Shown: positions 1-10,815, counted from the stretch's first letter. The stretch: 64,000 nt of DNA from Acidimicrobiales bacterium (GCA_044220495.1 JBGAQY010000014.1:1165-65164); one strand, 5' to 3'. Translations and numbers: made by a program. Notes: generated by a model from the sequence alone, not told the origin.

Positions 1-1897
1 GGCAATGGCACTTGCCCCGTTGGCGCACGTTTTGTTCACGCGAGTGATGAACTACGACGCGTCTGACCCCGAATGGCCCGACCGCGATCGCTTCATTCTC
101 TCGGTTGGTCACGCGTCGATCCTGCTTTACAGCATGCTCTACCTCACGGGCATCGAGCTCGAGCTAGAAGATCTGAAGCAGTTCCGTCAGCTCGGTTCAA
201 AAACTCCGGGTCATCCCGAAATTCACCACACAAAGGGCATTGACGTCACGACTGGTCCCCTCGGTCAGGGCGTAGGCAACAGCGTTGGCATGGGTGTCGC
301 CGAGCGCTTCTTGCGTGCAAAGTACGGTCCTGACCTTTGCGACCACTACACGTTCGTGCTGTGCGGCGATGGTGACTTGGAAGAAGGCATCAGTCACGAA
401 GCGGCCTCACTGGCCGGACATCTTGGCCTTGGTCGACTTGTGATGGTTTACGACGACAACCACATTTCGATCGACGGCCCCACCGAACTGTCGTTTACCG
501 ACGACACGGCAAAACGATTTGAAGCCTACGGATGGAGCGTCGAATCAGTTGGTGAGATTGCCAACGACACCGACGCTCTCGAAGCAGCTGTGCGGCGCGG
601 CATGGCCGTCGAAGACAAACCGTCGCTCATCGTGTTGCGCAGCCACATTGGCTATCCCTCGCCCAAGCTCACCGACAACCACAAAGCACACGGCGACCCC
701 TTTGGCGACGAAGAAATTCGAGCGACGAAGAAGGTCATGGGTCTGCCGGAAGACAAGACGTTCTACGTTCCTGACGAAGTTCTCGAGATGTATCGCAAAG
801 CCGGTTTGCGCGGACAAGAGAAGCGCAAGCAGTGGCAATCGCACAAAGATGCACACCCACAAAAAGTCGAGATCGAAGCAGCACTAAAGGGTCAAGGCCT
901 CGACGGGTGGGATTCCAAGCTGCCGACGTGGCAAGTCGGAGACAAGCTCGCAACTCGTGTCGCCATCAAAGACTGCATCAACAGCGTGCTCGACACAGTG
1001 CCTGGCATCATTGCCGGCGGTGCCGACCTCACTGGCAACACCGGCATGAAGCTCGACGGCAACGACATCGCTCAGCAGTCGGCTCAACATCCCGGTGGGC
1101 AGCAGCTGTACTACGGCATTCGCGAGCACGGCATGGCTGCTGCGATGGTCGGCATGGCTTATCACGGCGGCGTCATACCGATCGGTGGAACGTTCTTTGT
1201 CTTCAGCGACTACATGAAGCCCGCTGTTCGCCTTGCTGCTCTTGGTGGTGCACACACGATCTTTAGCTGGACACACGACTCCGTCGGTCTTGGTCAAGAC
1301 GGCCCGACGCACCAACCAATCGAACATCTCGCAGCCGCACGTGCGACACCACAACTCAACGTGATTCGCCCCGCCGACGCGAACGAGACCGCACACGCGT
1401 TCCGCATCGCTGTTGATCACGATGGCCCGACCGGGCTCGTTCTCAGTCGCCAAGACCTGGCGGTGCTCGAAGGCACCGACGACGCTTACGAAGGCGTGAA
1501 GAAAGGCGGCTACGTGTTGCGCGACACGAACGGCACGCCTGACATCGTGCTTATCGGAACGGGCAGCGAGGTCGCTGTCTGTGTGAGCGCCGCAGAGAAG
1601 TTGGCAGAGAAGAACATTGCCGCGCGCGTTGTTTCGCTCCCCTCTTGGAACCTGTTCGAAGCAGCCGGCAAGGAATACCAACGCGAAGTAATTCCTGCGG
1701 GCATCCCTGCATTGTCTGTCGAAGCGGCCTCGTCGTTTGGGTGGGCGCGCTGGGCTGATGAGCACGTTGCGATCGACAGCTTTGGCGCATCGGCGCCCGG
1801 TCAGCAGGTCTTAGATCACTTTGGTTTCACACCAGAAAACGTTGCGCAACGAGCAGAGGCTCTGCTGCAGAACGCAAAGACAGGAGCATCGAAATGA
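1..1897 (+). CDS. tkt: Transketolase (5' end cut by window edge)
   Basis: ORF 5..1897. Contains transketolase motifs LSVGHASILLYSMLYLTG and GPLGQGVGNSVGMG. About 70 N-terminal residues are missing. The stop overlaps the tal start (ATGA at 1894). Confidence 0.95.
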   Translation, partial: AMALAPLAHVLFTRVMNYDASDPEWPDRDRFILSVGHASILLYSMLYLTGIELELEDLKQFRQLGSKTPGHPEIHHTKGIDVTTGPLGQGVGNSVGMGVAERFLRAKYGPDLCDHYTFVLCGDGDLEEGISHEAASLAGHLGLGRLVMVYDDNHISIDGPTELSFTDDTAKRFEAYGWSVESVGEIANDTDALEAAVRRGMAVEDKPSLIVLRSHIGYPSPKLTDNHKAHGDPFGDEEIRATKKVMGLPEDKTFYVPDEVLEMYRKAGLRGQEKRKQWQSHKDAHPQKVEIEAALKGQGLDGWDSKLPTWQVGDKLATRVAIKDCINSVLDTVPGIIAGGADLTGNTGMKLDGNDIAQQSAQHPGGQQLYYGIREHGMAAAMVGMAYHGGVIPIGGTFFVFSDYMKPAVRLAALGGAHTIFSWTHDSVGLGQDGPTHQPIEHLAAARATPQLNVIRPADANETAHAFRIAVDHDGPTGLVLSRQDLAVLEGTDDAYEGVKKGGYVLRDTNGTPDIVLIGTGSEVAVCVSAAEKLAEKNIAARVVSLPSWNLFEAAGKEYQREVIPAGIPALSVEAASSFGWARWADEHVAIDSFGASAPGQQVLDHFGFTPENVAQRAEALLQNAKTGASK

Positions 1898-3003
1898 CCC
1901 GCCTCAACGATCTCTACGACCAACAAGGTCAGAGCCCATGGGTAGACAATCTCAAGCGGTCATACATGACGGGCGGCACGCTCGAACAGATGATCCGTGA
2001 CGGCATTCGTGGTGTCACCTCCAACCCGACCATCTTCGAAAAGGCAATGTCGGTTGGCACTGACTACGACGACCAATTTTCCGAGTTGGCCAAAACCGAG
2101 TCAGTCGAAGACTCATATTGGGAAATGGTGATCAAAGATGTCGGCGACGCATGCGCAATCATGCGCAGCGTTTACGACGAGAGCGGAGGCAGCGATGGCT
2201 TCGTCTCCATCGAAGTCTCGCCCGCACTCGCGCTTGACGGCCCTGCGACAACCGAAAGCGCGCGCTACTTGTGGGAGCGCCTGGGTGCACCGAACGTGAT
2301 GGTGAAGATCCCGGCAACTGAAGCTGGCATCGAACCCATCCGCACGATGATCAGCGAGGGCACCAATATCAACGTCACATTGATCTTCGGGCTCGAACGC
2401 TACGCAAAGGTCATCGAGGCTTACATCTCTGGTCTCGAAGCCCTCGCTGAGAGCGGAGCCGAAAATCTTGCCAAGGTCAACAGCGTCGCATCGTTCTTCG
2501 TCAGCCGCGTCGACACCGAGGTCGACAACCGACTTGAAAAGATCGGCACGCCCGAAGCAATGGCACTGAAGGGCAAAGCTGCTGTTGCGCAAGCACAACT
2601 TGCGTACGAACTGTTCCAGCAAAAATTCTCGGGCCCACGTTGGGACGCCCTTGCCTCGAAAGGCGCAAAAGTGCAACGCACCTTGTGGGCGTCGACATCG
2701 ACCAAGAACCCCGACTACCCAGACCTGCTCTATGTCGACTCGCTGATTGGCCCTAACACCGTCAACACGATGCCCGACGCAACTATCGAGGCTTACCTCG
2801 ACCACGGCACGATCGCTCGCACCATCGACGCAGATGTCGACGGCGCCAAAGCGACTCTGGCCGCTCTCGAAAACGTTGGCATCAGCATCGCCGACGTAGC
2901 CGTCACGCTCGAGAACGAAGGCGTGGCGTCGTTCACCAAGTCATACGACCAACTTCTACAAGTGCTAGCCGACAAATACGAGGCCCTGCGGGAGGCGCAG
3001 TGA
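1894..3003 (+). CDS. tal: Transaldolase (actinobacterial long type)
   Basis: 369 aa. Motifs QSPWVDNLKR and GVTSNPTIFEKA. Stop/start overlaps on both sides. Confidence 0.95.
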   Translation: MTRLNDLYDQQGQSPWVDNLKRSYMTGGTLEQMIRDGIRGVTSNPTIFEKAMSVGTDYDDQFSELAKTESVEDSYWEMVIKDVGDACAIMRSVYDESGGSDGFVSIEVSPALALDGPATTESARYLWERLGAPNVMVKIPATEAGIEPIRTMISEGTNINVTLIFGLERYAKVIEAYISGLEALAESGAENLAKVNSVASFFVSRVDTEVDNRLEKIGTPEAMALKGKAAVAQAQLAYELFQQKFSGPRWDALASKGAKVQRTLWASTSTKNPDYPDLLYVDSLIGPNTVNTMPDATIEAYLDHGTIARTIDADVDGAKATLAALENVGISIADVAVTLENEGVASFTKSYDQLLQVLADKYEALREAQ

Positions 3004-4349
3004 GTGATCTGATTGACCGTTTGAAGAGCCGCGACGAAACGTTGTGGCCCCAACCAAACGTGGCCGCCAACCGTCTCGGTTGGGTTGATGTAGCCGAGCG
3101 CATGCGCGACTTGGCACACGGTGTTGAGAAGTGGGCCAACACCATCATGCATCGCAAGATCGTTTTGATCGGCATGGGTGGCTCGTCACTTGGCCCCGAA
3201 GTGTTGCGCGCGGCTGTCGAGTCTGACCGCTTGATCGTGCTCGACACCACCGATCCAGCAACCATTGCTGAAGTCGAGACCAAAGATGCGTTCTTCCTGA
3301 TCTCTTCGAAGTCAGGCGGCACGCTCGAAGTGCAGACGCTTCTTGCATACTTCTGGGAGAAAGTTCCCGACCCCAACCGTTATGCAGCAATCACCGACCC
3401 AGACACGGGTCTTCACAAGCTCGCACAAGAACGCAACTTTTCGCGCATCTTTGTGAACCCTGCTGACATCGGTGGCCGTTACTCAGTGCTCTCGTACTTC
3501 GGCCTTGTGCCTGCCGCGCTCGTTGGTTACGACATCGTCGAGCTTTGTACGCAAGCAATCGAAACCGACCTCGACGAAGCAGCCGAACTGGGTGTGCAAA
3601 TGGCCGAAGCCGCACTCGACGGTCGCGACAAAGTCACTGTCGTTGTTCCGCCCGGGCGCTACTCCACGTTCGGTTTGTGGATCGAGCAACTGATTGCCGA
3701 GTCAACCGGCAAGCAAGGGCGCGGCTGCATCCCCGTGCCGACTACCGAACCCGAAACTGGCACCGACCGCTTCATCGACCGCGTCACTTTCCAAGTTCCG
3801 TCTGACCTCGGCAGCGAGTTCTACCGATGGGAAGTCGCCACCGCGATCGCTGGCCACATCTTGGGCATCGATCCGTTCGACGAACCCAACGTCGCCGAGT
3901 CGAAAGCAAACACGGCTCGTGTGTTGTCGAGTTTGCCGTTGTCTCCCCCAGCTTCAGATCCGGCCGAAGGCACAGTGGCTTGGTTGAAGTCGCAAGTGAC
4001 TCCGGGCGACTACGTGTCGATCCAGGCCTACTTGCCCTACTCATACGAACAAGAACTCGAGCGCATGCGTCGTTACATTCGCGATGAGCTCGGGGGCATT
4101 GCTGTCACCGCTGGTTTCGGCCCGCGCTTTTTGCACTCGACCGGCCAGCTTCACAAAGGTGGTCCCAACAATCTCGTTGCCTTGCAACTCGTTCCGAAGG
4201 AAAAGACCGGGTCGCTGCCGATACCTGGCTACGCCTACGACTTCGCAACTCTGATCGAGGCGCAATCGATCGGCGATTACCAAAGCCTTGTCGACCACGG
4301 TCGACGCGTTCGTCGTGTATCTGTCAACTCACCGGAGGAACTCTCTTGA
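3000..4349 (+). CDS. pgi: Glucose-6-phosphate isomerase (short SIS-type PGI)
   Basis: 449 aa. Motifs GMGGSSLGPEV, SKSGGTLE and IGGRYSVLS. GTGA overlap with tal. Confidence 0.85.
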   Translation: MSDLIDRLKSRDETLWPQPNVAANRLGWVDVAERMRDLAHGVEKWANTIMHRKIVLIGMGGSSLGPEVLRAAVESDRLIVLDTTDPATIAEVETKDAFFLISSKSGGTLEVQTLLAYFWEKVPDPNRYAAITDPDTGLHKLAQERNFSRIFVNPADIGGRYSVLSYFGLVPAALVGYDIVELCTQAIETDLDEAAELGVQMAEAALDGRDKVTVVVPPGRYSTFGLWIEQLIAESTGKQGRGCIPVPTTEPETGTDRFIDRVTFQVPSDLGSEFYRWEVATAIAGHILGIDPFDEPNVAESKANTARVLSSLPLSPPASDPAEGTVAWLKSQVTPGDYVSIQAYLPYSYEQELERMRRYIRDELGGIAVTAGFGPRFLHSTGQLHKGGPNNLVALQLVPKEKTGSLPIPGYAYDFATLIEAQSIGDYQSLVDHGRRVRRVSVNSPEELS

Positions 4350-5293
4350 AGCTCGCAATGGTCGGACTCGGGCGCATGGGCGGCAACATGACCCAGCGTT
4401 TGCTCGAAGGCGGACACGACGTTGTTGTGTTCGACCTCAACGAAGAAGCAAAAGCCAAAGCCGCAGCATCGGGCGCAACCGTCGTTGAGTCACTGGCTGA
4501 GCTCAAGTCAGCTCTCGAACCGCCTCGCGCTGTGTGGATCATGGTGCCCGCCGGTGACCCAACCAAGGCAACCATCAAAACGTTGACCGAGACTCTCGAA
4601 GCGGGCGACATCATCATCGACGGCGGAAACTCGAACTTCCGCGATTCGATCGCGACGGGCGAAGCGTTGCGCGAACGTGATCTCGGCTTCATCGACGCCG
4701 GCGTATCCGGTGGCGTTTGGGGCTTGGCTGAGGGTTACTGCCTCATGGTTGGTGGCGCTGACGCTGACGTGAAGGTGATGCAGCCAGCGTTCGACACACT
4801 CGCGCCAACAAATGGTTTTGCTCACACGGGGCCCGTTGGTGCGGGCCACTTCGTGAAGATGGTTCACAACGGCATCGAGTACGGCATAATGCAAGCCTTT
4901 GCCGAAGGCTTCGAGCTCATGGGTGCCGTCAAAGAGTACGACTTCGACCTGCACCAGATCGCCCAAGTGTGGCGTCACGGCTCAGTTGTGCGTTCGTGGA
5001 TGCTCGATCTCGCCGAGCGCGCTCTCGCCGACGAAGAAGGCTTCGAACAAGTGCGCGGCTATGTCGACGATTCCGGCGAAGGTCGCTGGACGGTTGAAGA
5101 AGCCATCACGGCGCGCGTGCCGTTGCCTGTTATCACTGCATCGCTCTACGCACGATTCGCTTCACGACAACCTGAATCATTTGCTGCACGCATCACGGCT
5201 GCCTTGCGCAATCAGTTTGGTGGTCACTCGGTACACCTCGAAGGCGGCGGTGTCAGCACGCCACTTTCAGCTCCCAAACCATCCGACACATAG
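4346..5293 (+). CDS. gnd: 6-phosphogluconate dehydrogenase, decarboxylating (short Gnd/YqeC-like form)
   Basis: 315 aa. N-terminal Rossmann motif MVGLGRMGGNM, plus VKMVHNGIEYG. TTGA overlap with pgi. Confidence 0.9.
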   Translation: MKLAMVGLGRMGGNMTQRLLEGGHDVVVFDLNEEAKAKAAASGATVVESLAELKSALEPPRAVWIMVPAGDPTKATIKTLTETLEAGDIIIDGGNSNFRDSIATGEALRERDLGFIDAGVSGGVWGLAEGYCLMVGGADADVKVMQPAFDTLAPTNGFAHTGPVGAGHFVKMVHNGIEYGIMQAFAEGFELMGAVKEYDFDLHQIAQVWRHGSVVRSWMLDLAERALADEEGFEQVRGYVDDSGEGRWTVEEAITARVPLPVITASLYARFASRQPESFAARITAALRNQFGGHSVHLEGGGVSTPLSAPKPSDT

Positions 5294-5302
5294 GACGACT
5301 GC

Positions 5303-6856
5303 ATGACATCAGTTGACACTGACCTTGGGTCGATTCTCGACATCGACGCAATCGAGAATCCTCTGCTCGATGGGCTAGACGCCGGCCGGCAGGCTCCTCC
5401 GAATGTCTTGATCGTGTTTGGAGCCTCGGGTGATCTGACATTCAGAAAGCTCATGCCCGCTCTTGCGAGTCTCGCCAAGCACCGACAGTTGCCGGGCAGC
5501 TTTGCTGTTGTCGGAGTTGCGCGCACTGAGATGGACGACGAAGAGTTTCGTGAGCGCATGCTCGAAGCCGTGCCAAAGGCTGGCCCCGAGTGGGCTTCGT
5601 TGGTCAAGAGCTTCCGCTATGTACCTGGCGAATACGCCGACGACTCGACATTCGAGAAGTTGGGCGTTGTGCTCGATGAAATCGATGCCGATCGCGGCAC
5701 GGGTGGCAATCGCGTCTACTACTTGGCGACCATCCCTGGCGTGTTCGGTGATGTCATCAAAAAGCTGGGTCGCTTCGGACTAGCCAAGCGTTCCAAGCCC
5801 GGCCCGTTCTGCCGCATTGTCATCGAGAAGCCCTACGGTCGCGACCTCGAGAGCGCGGTCGAACTCGATGAAGCAGTTCACTCGGTTTTCAACGAGTCGC
5901 AGGTCTACCGCATCGACCACTACCTCGGTAAAGAAACTGTGCAAAACGTGATGGCGTTGCGTTTCGCCAACGCGATCTTCGAACCCATTTGGGACCGTCG
6001 TTATGTTGACAGCATCCAAGTAACCGTTGCCGAAGCCGACGGCGTTGGGCACCGCGGTGGGTTCTACGAGACTGCGGGCGCCATGCGCGACATCGTGCAA
6101 AACCACTTGTTGCAAGTACTCGCCATGACACTCATGGAACCGCCAGCAAGCATGGACGCCAACGGAATCCGAGACGAAAAGGTCAAGGTGTTGCGGGCGG
6201 TCGACATTCTCAAGCCCGACGACGTTGAAGCAAACGTCATTCGTGCTCAGTACGCCAAGGGTTGGGTCGATGGACGCGAGGTCCCTGGCTACCGAGAAGA
6301 AGAAGACGTCGACCCCAACAGTCACACCGAAACCTTCACGGCCATGAAGCTCAAAGTCGACAACTGGCGCTGGGCCGGCGTGCCGATTTACGCGCGCACC
6401 GGTAAGCGTTTGCCAAAGCGCGTCACTGAAGTGGCCATGCAGTTCAAGGCCGTACCGCACTCTCCTTTCGAGGCCGGCAACACGCGCAACCTCGGCCCCA
6501 ACGCGTTAGTGCTTCGCATTCAACCCGACGAAGGCATCACTCTGCGTTTCGGAGCGAAGGTGCCGGGTCAGTCGTTCCGCGTTCGCGATGTGTCGATGGA
6601 CTTCTCATATGGCGCGGCGTTCCTTGAAGAAACGCCCGATGCTTATGAGCGCTTGTTGCTCGACGCAATGGTTGGCGACCCGACGTTGTTCATTAGGTCT
6701 GACGAAGTACAGCAAGCGTGGCGGATTGTGGCGCCCATTCAAGATGCGTGGGCCGACCCCAGCTTCCCGCTTGCTCGTTACGAAGCGGGCACGTGGGGGC
6801 CAGAAGAGGCCGACCGTTTGCTGCACCGCGATGGTCGTCAGTGGCGAACTCCATGA
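5303..6856 (+). CDS. zwf: Glucose-6-phosphate 1-dehydrogenase
   Basis: 517 aa. Motifs FGASGDLTFRKL, RIDHYLGKE and EKPYG. Confidence 0.96.
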   Translation: MTSVDTDLGSILDIDAIENPLLDGLDAGRQAPPNVLIVFGASGDLTFRKLMPALASLAKHRQLPGSFAVVGVARTEMDDEEFRERMLEAVPKAGPEWASLVKSFRYVPGEYADDSTFEKLGVVLDEIDADRGTGGNRVYYLATIPGVFGDVIKKLGRFGLAKRSKPGPFCRIVIEKPYGRDLESAVELDEAVHSVFNESQVYRIDHYLGKETVQNVMALRFANAIFEPIWDRRYVDSIQVTVAEADGVGHRGGFYETAGAMRDIVQNHLLQVLAMTLMEPPASMDANGIRDEKVKVLRAVDILKPDDVEANVIRAQYAKGWVDGREVPGYREEEDVDPNSHTETFTAMKLKVDNWRWAGVPIYARTGKRLPKRVTEVAMQFKAVPHSPFEAGNTRNLGPNALVLRIQPDEGITLRFGAKVPGQSFRVRDVSMDFSYGAAFLEETPDAYERLLLDAMVGDPTLFIRSDEVQQAWRIVAPIQDAWADPSFPLARYEAGTWGPEEADRLLHRDGRQWRTP

Positions 6857-7869
6857 CCGAGACAGTTACGTCTTTCGAGTCGCCAACGTGGGCCGGCACC
6901 GACGTTTCAATCTCTGACATCGTCAACGCTGTCGAAGATCTGCGTCGCAACGAGCCCAAGATCGCCAACCGCACGAGTGTCGCAACACTCATCATCGTGG
7001 CGCGCACCCTTGAAGAAGTTGAGGCCGGCGATTCGGTCATTGCACATCTAGGCATCCGTCACCCGGCGCGCATCATCACGTTGTTTGCACCTGACGGAAT
7101 CTGGAATGCCGAAGACCGCGTCGACGCCGAAGTCACACTGCTTGCCGGTGAGGCTGACGGACACGCGATCTGGTCAGACGAGATCCGCCTCAACGTAAGT
7201 GGCGGCCCGGCGCGTCACCTGGCGTCACTACTTCGTCCGTTACAACTCGCTGACTTGCCTGTCGTGGTCTGGTACGTCAAGGGCTTGCCCAACGAAGTCG
7301 ACCCGCTTCTCAAGCTTGCCAATGCAGTCATTGTCGACACCAAAACCGCGAGCGAAGGTGGTGACGGTGAAACAGCTATGCGCAAAGCGTTTACCGATGT
7401 TGCTCAGCTCTCGCGCAAAAACGTCATCATCGACTTGTCGTGGCACCGTCTTCGCACGTGGCGCCAGCTCTTGGCGGCGCAGTTCAACGGCAGCGTCTAT
7501 CGACCTTTCATCGGCAATGTCGAACGCGTTGAGATCACTGGCAAGCTCGGGCCTCGCACGTTGTTGGCCGGTTGGCTCGCATCACGCCTCCGCATCGAAC
7601 GCGACATCGTGCATATCTACGACGGTCGTCACGTCTCGATCAAGATGCACTGCCGGCACGAAAACAAGACGGCTGAGTTCTGTGTCGAGCGCATCGCGGG
7701 CGAGCGTTTCGTGCGGTCTTCAGCTTCAATCGCTGACGGTCCGTCGCACGAAGAAGTGTTGGCACTTCCCGACGACGCAACGCCTTACTCTTTGTCGGCT
7801 TCTTTGAAGCGCCTCGAACGCGACCGTGTCTACGAACAATCAATCCGAATCATTGGCGGTTGGCTCTAG
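6853..7869 (+). CDS. opcA: Glucose-6-phosphate dehydrogenase assembly protein OpcA
   Basis: The track ORF starts at 6718. The ATG at 6853 gives an ATGA overlap with the zwf stop and the usual position after zwf in actinobacteria. Family assignment is by context and length. Confidence 0.8.
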   Translation: MTETVTSFESPTWAGTDVSISDIVNAVEDLRRNEPKIANRTSVATLIIVARTLEEVEAGDSVIAHLGIRHPARIITLFAPDGIWNAEDRVDAEVTLLAGEADGHAIWSDEIRLNVSGGPARHLASLLRPLQLADLPVVVWYVKGLPNEVDPLLKLANAVIVDTKTASEGGDGETAMRKAFTDVAQLSRKNVIIDLSWHRLRTWRQLLAAQFNGSVYRPFIGNVERVEITGKLGPRTLLAGWLASRLRIERDIVHIYDGRHVSIKMHCRHENKTAEFCVERIAGERFVRSSASIADGPSHEEVLALPDDATPYSLSASLKRLERDRVYEQSIRIIGGWL

Positions 7870-7903
7870 CCGGTTGCCTTTAAAGAACAGAAGAAGCAAC
7901 ACA

Positions 7904-8557
7904 GTGTCTATAAACGGCGATGTAATCGTTACCGAAGATGTTCCTGGCGCTTTTGCGTCGATGGTTCAAAACGCTTTTGCCGATCGGCAACAAGACCGTT
8001 TCACGATTGGCTTTGGTGGAGGTTCAACCGCTCGTGCGTGTTACGAGAAGCTCGTCGACGAGACGATTGACTGGACACGAGTCAATGCCATTTGGGGCGA
8101 TGAGCGATGCGTTCCTCTCGACCACGACGACTCCAACTACCTAATTGCCAAACAAGCTCTCTTCGACAAAGTCGAGCCGCTAGCGGCTGTGCACCCGATG
8201 ATCTGTGGAGACAAGGGCAACGCGTACAACGAACTCGTCAAGGGATTGCTCCCGCTAGATGTCGTCCACCTGGGCATGGGAGACGACGGCCACACATGCT
8301 CGCTGTTTCCAGACTCCCCGGCACTCGACACACCGCTCGATCGACTTGTTGTCGAGACGGGCGACGATTTACACAAACACCCCCGCATGACTCTGACTTA
8401 CGGCGCGCTCGAGAAGACTCGTCTGGCGATTTTCACGGTGATGGGTGCTGCGAAGAAAGAGATGTTCTCTCGCATTCAGGCCGGTGAAGACTTCCCGGCC
8501 ACCAGGGTCAGGGCCGAACGCATCGTGTGGCTCGTCGACCCACCAGTAGTCGACTGA
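7904..8557 (+). CDS. pgl: 6-phosphogluconolactonase
   Basis: Motifs GGGSTA and HLGMGDDGHTCSLFP. GTG 7904 lies after the opcA stop and is preferred. The track start at 7826 would overlap opcA by 44 nt. Confidence 0.85.
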   Translation: MSINGDVIVTEDVPGAFASMVQNAFADRQQDRFTIGFGGGSTARACYEKLVDETIDWTRVNAIWGDERCVPLDHDDSNYLIAKQALFDKVEPLAAVHPMICGDKGNAYNELVKGLLPLDVVHLGMGDDGHTCSLFPDSPALDTPLDRLVVETGDDLHKHPRMTLTYGALEKTRLAIFTVMGAAKKEMFSRIQAGEDFPATRVRAERIVWLVDPPVVD

Positions 8558-8579
8558 CGTTCGGCACTAGTTTGGTGCA

Positions 8580-10763
8580 ATGAGCAGCGAAGACGCCTTT
8601 CGTTATCGAACCCGAGGCGGTGTCGAAGTCGATCGAGTTACTTACACGCTCGACGGCCTTGACGCCGCTGAGGCACTGATTGACGCACTCGACAGCCATC
8701 AAGGCGTGCTGTTGACGTCAACCTACGAGTACCCAGGTCGTTACACGCGATGGGATATCGGATTCGTCGATCCTCCGCTGCAGATCACATGCAAAGGTCG
8801 CAACGTCACCATCACTGCACTGAATGAGCGCGGCCAGGTCTTACTCGACATCATAAAGACGCGTTCGACGCGCTGGGTCGAGGCTGAATTTGTAAGCGGC
8901 ATCGCGATCACCAACGACTCGGTGAGCGCCGAGGTAGTTGCGTGGACGGCGTCGTTTACCGAAGAGCAACGCACGCGACAACCGTCGGTGTTCTCGGTAC
9001 TTCGCGACCTGTTGGATCTGTTCGGCAGCGATGAAGATCGTCACCTCGGCTTGTATGGCGCGTTCGGATATGACCTTGCGTTCCAGTTCGATCCCATCGA
9101 TCTAAAGATTCAACGCCCCGACGATCAGCGCGATCTGGTGTTGTACTTGCCCGATCGACTGATCGTCGTCGACCACAAACGCGAAGTTGCCTCACGTTTT
9201 CAATACGACTTCGAATGGAAGAGTCGCTCAACGCACGACCTTCCCCGTGTGCCCGCGACATCTCAGCCGTTTGTAGTCCGCAGCGATGTCAGTGCGAGTG
9301 GCGACCACGAGCCCGGTCAATACGTCGACGTCGTCAAGACAGCGCACGAGTATTTCCAGCGCGGCGATCTCTTTGAGGTTGTTCCCGGGCAGGTGTTTTA
9401 CGAACCAACGACTGCGCCGCCATCTGAGTTGTTCCGTCGACTCCGCAAACGCAACCCAGCCCCCTATGGCGCCCTTATGAATCTCGGTGACAACGAGTAT
9501 CTGATCTCGGCGTCTCCCGAGATGTATGTGCGCGTCGAAGGCACGCGCGTTGAGACGTGTCCGATCTCGGGCACGATCGCGCGTGGAACCGACGTGTTGA
9601 GCGACGCTGATCAAATCCTTCAACTGCTCAACTCTGAGAAAGACGCGTCAGAGCTCACGATGTGCACCGACGTTGATCGCAACGACAAGTCACGCGTGTG
9701 CATCCCCGAGAGCATCAAAGTGATCGGGCGACGTCAGATCGAGATGTACTCCCGGCTCATCCACACTGTCGATCACGTCGAGGGCACCTTGTTGCCAGAA
9801 TTCGACGGGCTCGACGCCTTCCTGTCGCACACATGGGCTGTCACGGTTACGGGAGCGCCAAAGCTGTGGGCGATGCGCTTTATTGAAGATCACGAACGGT
9901 CGTCGCGCGCTTGGTACGGCGGTGCTATCGGTGCGCTGTTGGCCAATGGTGATATCAACACCGGCCTGACTCTGCGAACCATCCGCGTCAAAGATGGAAT
10001 CGCCCAAGTGCGCGCTGGCGCAACGCTCCTCATAGACTCAGACCCAGAAGCCGAAGAGCGCGAGACGCGCGTTAAGGCGTCAGCTTTGCTCGACGCCATT
10101 CGTCACGCCGACGAACATGAGGCGGCGCACACGTCGACTGAACCAATCGGCGTTGGCGTGAACGTGCTTCTCATCGATCACGAAGACAGCTTTGTGCATA
10201 CTCTTGCTGGCTATTTCCGGCGCGCGGGAACCAACGTGACAACTGTTCGCGTGCCGATGGGAGCCCAGCTCGATGACCAAACCATCACGAATACCGCGCC
10301 TGATCTCGTTGTGATCTCCCCTGGCCCGGGCGAACCGTCAGATTTCAATCTTTCGAACACACTGCAGCTCGCGCTCGCCGCCGACAGACCGGTCTTTGGC
10401 GTTTGTCTCGGCCTGCAAGCAATCGTCGAACATTTCGGAGGCAAGCTTGGCGTTCTCGATCGTCCAGCCCATGGCCGCTCGTCAATAGTGACGCACGACA
10501 ACTCTGGTTTGTTCACTGAACTTCCGTCAATGTTCGCGGCAGGTCGCTACCACTCGCTGTTTGCCGAAGCCGACGCACTTCCAACTGACTTGCGCGTAAC
10601 AGCGCGTACCGAAGACGGAGTCATCATGGGTGTCGCGCACGCATCAAAACCGATCGCCGCCGTGCAGTTCCACCCCGAATCGCTAATGACAATGCACGAT
10701 GATGTTGGCTTTCACCTGATCGAAAACGTCATCAAGCAATTGGTGCTGACGCCTGCTCGCTAG
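8580..10763 (+). CDS. trpE: Anthranilate synthase, fused component I + glutamine amidotransferase, TrpE(G) type
   Basis: 727 aa. N-terminal YEYPGRYTRWDIGFVDPPL is typical of Rhizobium-type TrpE(G). It has a chorismate-binding core and a C-terminal class-I GATase (GVCLGLQ, QFHPES). A PabAB function cannot be excluded. Confidence 0.85.
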   Translation: MSSEDAFRYRTRGGVEVDRVTYTLDGLDAAEALIDALDSHQGVLLTSTYEYPGRYTRWDIGFVDPPLQITCKGRNVTITALNERGQVLLDIIKTRSTRWVEAEFVSGIAITNDSVSAEVVAWTASFTEEQRTRQPSVFSVLRDLLDLFGSDEDRHLGLYGAFGYDLAFQFDPIDLKIQRPDDQRDLVLYLPDRLIVVDHKREVASRFQYDFEWKSRSTHDLPRVPATSQPFVVRSDVSASGDHEPGQYVDVVKTAHEYFQRGDLFEVVPGQVFYEPTTAPPSELFRRLRKRNPAPYGALMNLGDNEYLISASPEMYVRVEGTRVETCPISGTIARGTDVLSDADQILQLLNSEKDASELTMCTDVDRNDKSRVCIPESIKVIGRRQIEMYSRLIHTVDHVEGTLLPEFDGLDAFLSHTWAVTVTGAPKLWAMRFIEDHERSSRAWYGGAIGALLANGDINTGLTLRTIRVKDGIAQVRAGATLLIDSDPEAEERETRVKASALLDAIRHADEHEAAHTSTEPIGVGVNVLLIDHEDSFVHTLAGYFRRAGTNVTTVRVPMGAQLDDQTITNTAPDLVVISPGPGEPSDFNLSNTLQLALAADRPVFGVCLGLQAIVEHFGGKLGVLDRPAHGRSSIVTHDNSGLFTELPSMFAAGRYHSLFAEADALPTDLRVTARTEDGVIMGVAHASKPIAAVQFHPESLMTMHDDVGFHLIENVIKQLVLTPAR

Positions 10764-10815
10764 CGCGCTGGGCGCAAAACGAGGCGAACTCCGCATGACT
10801 CCGTCTGCAACTCAC

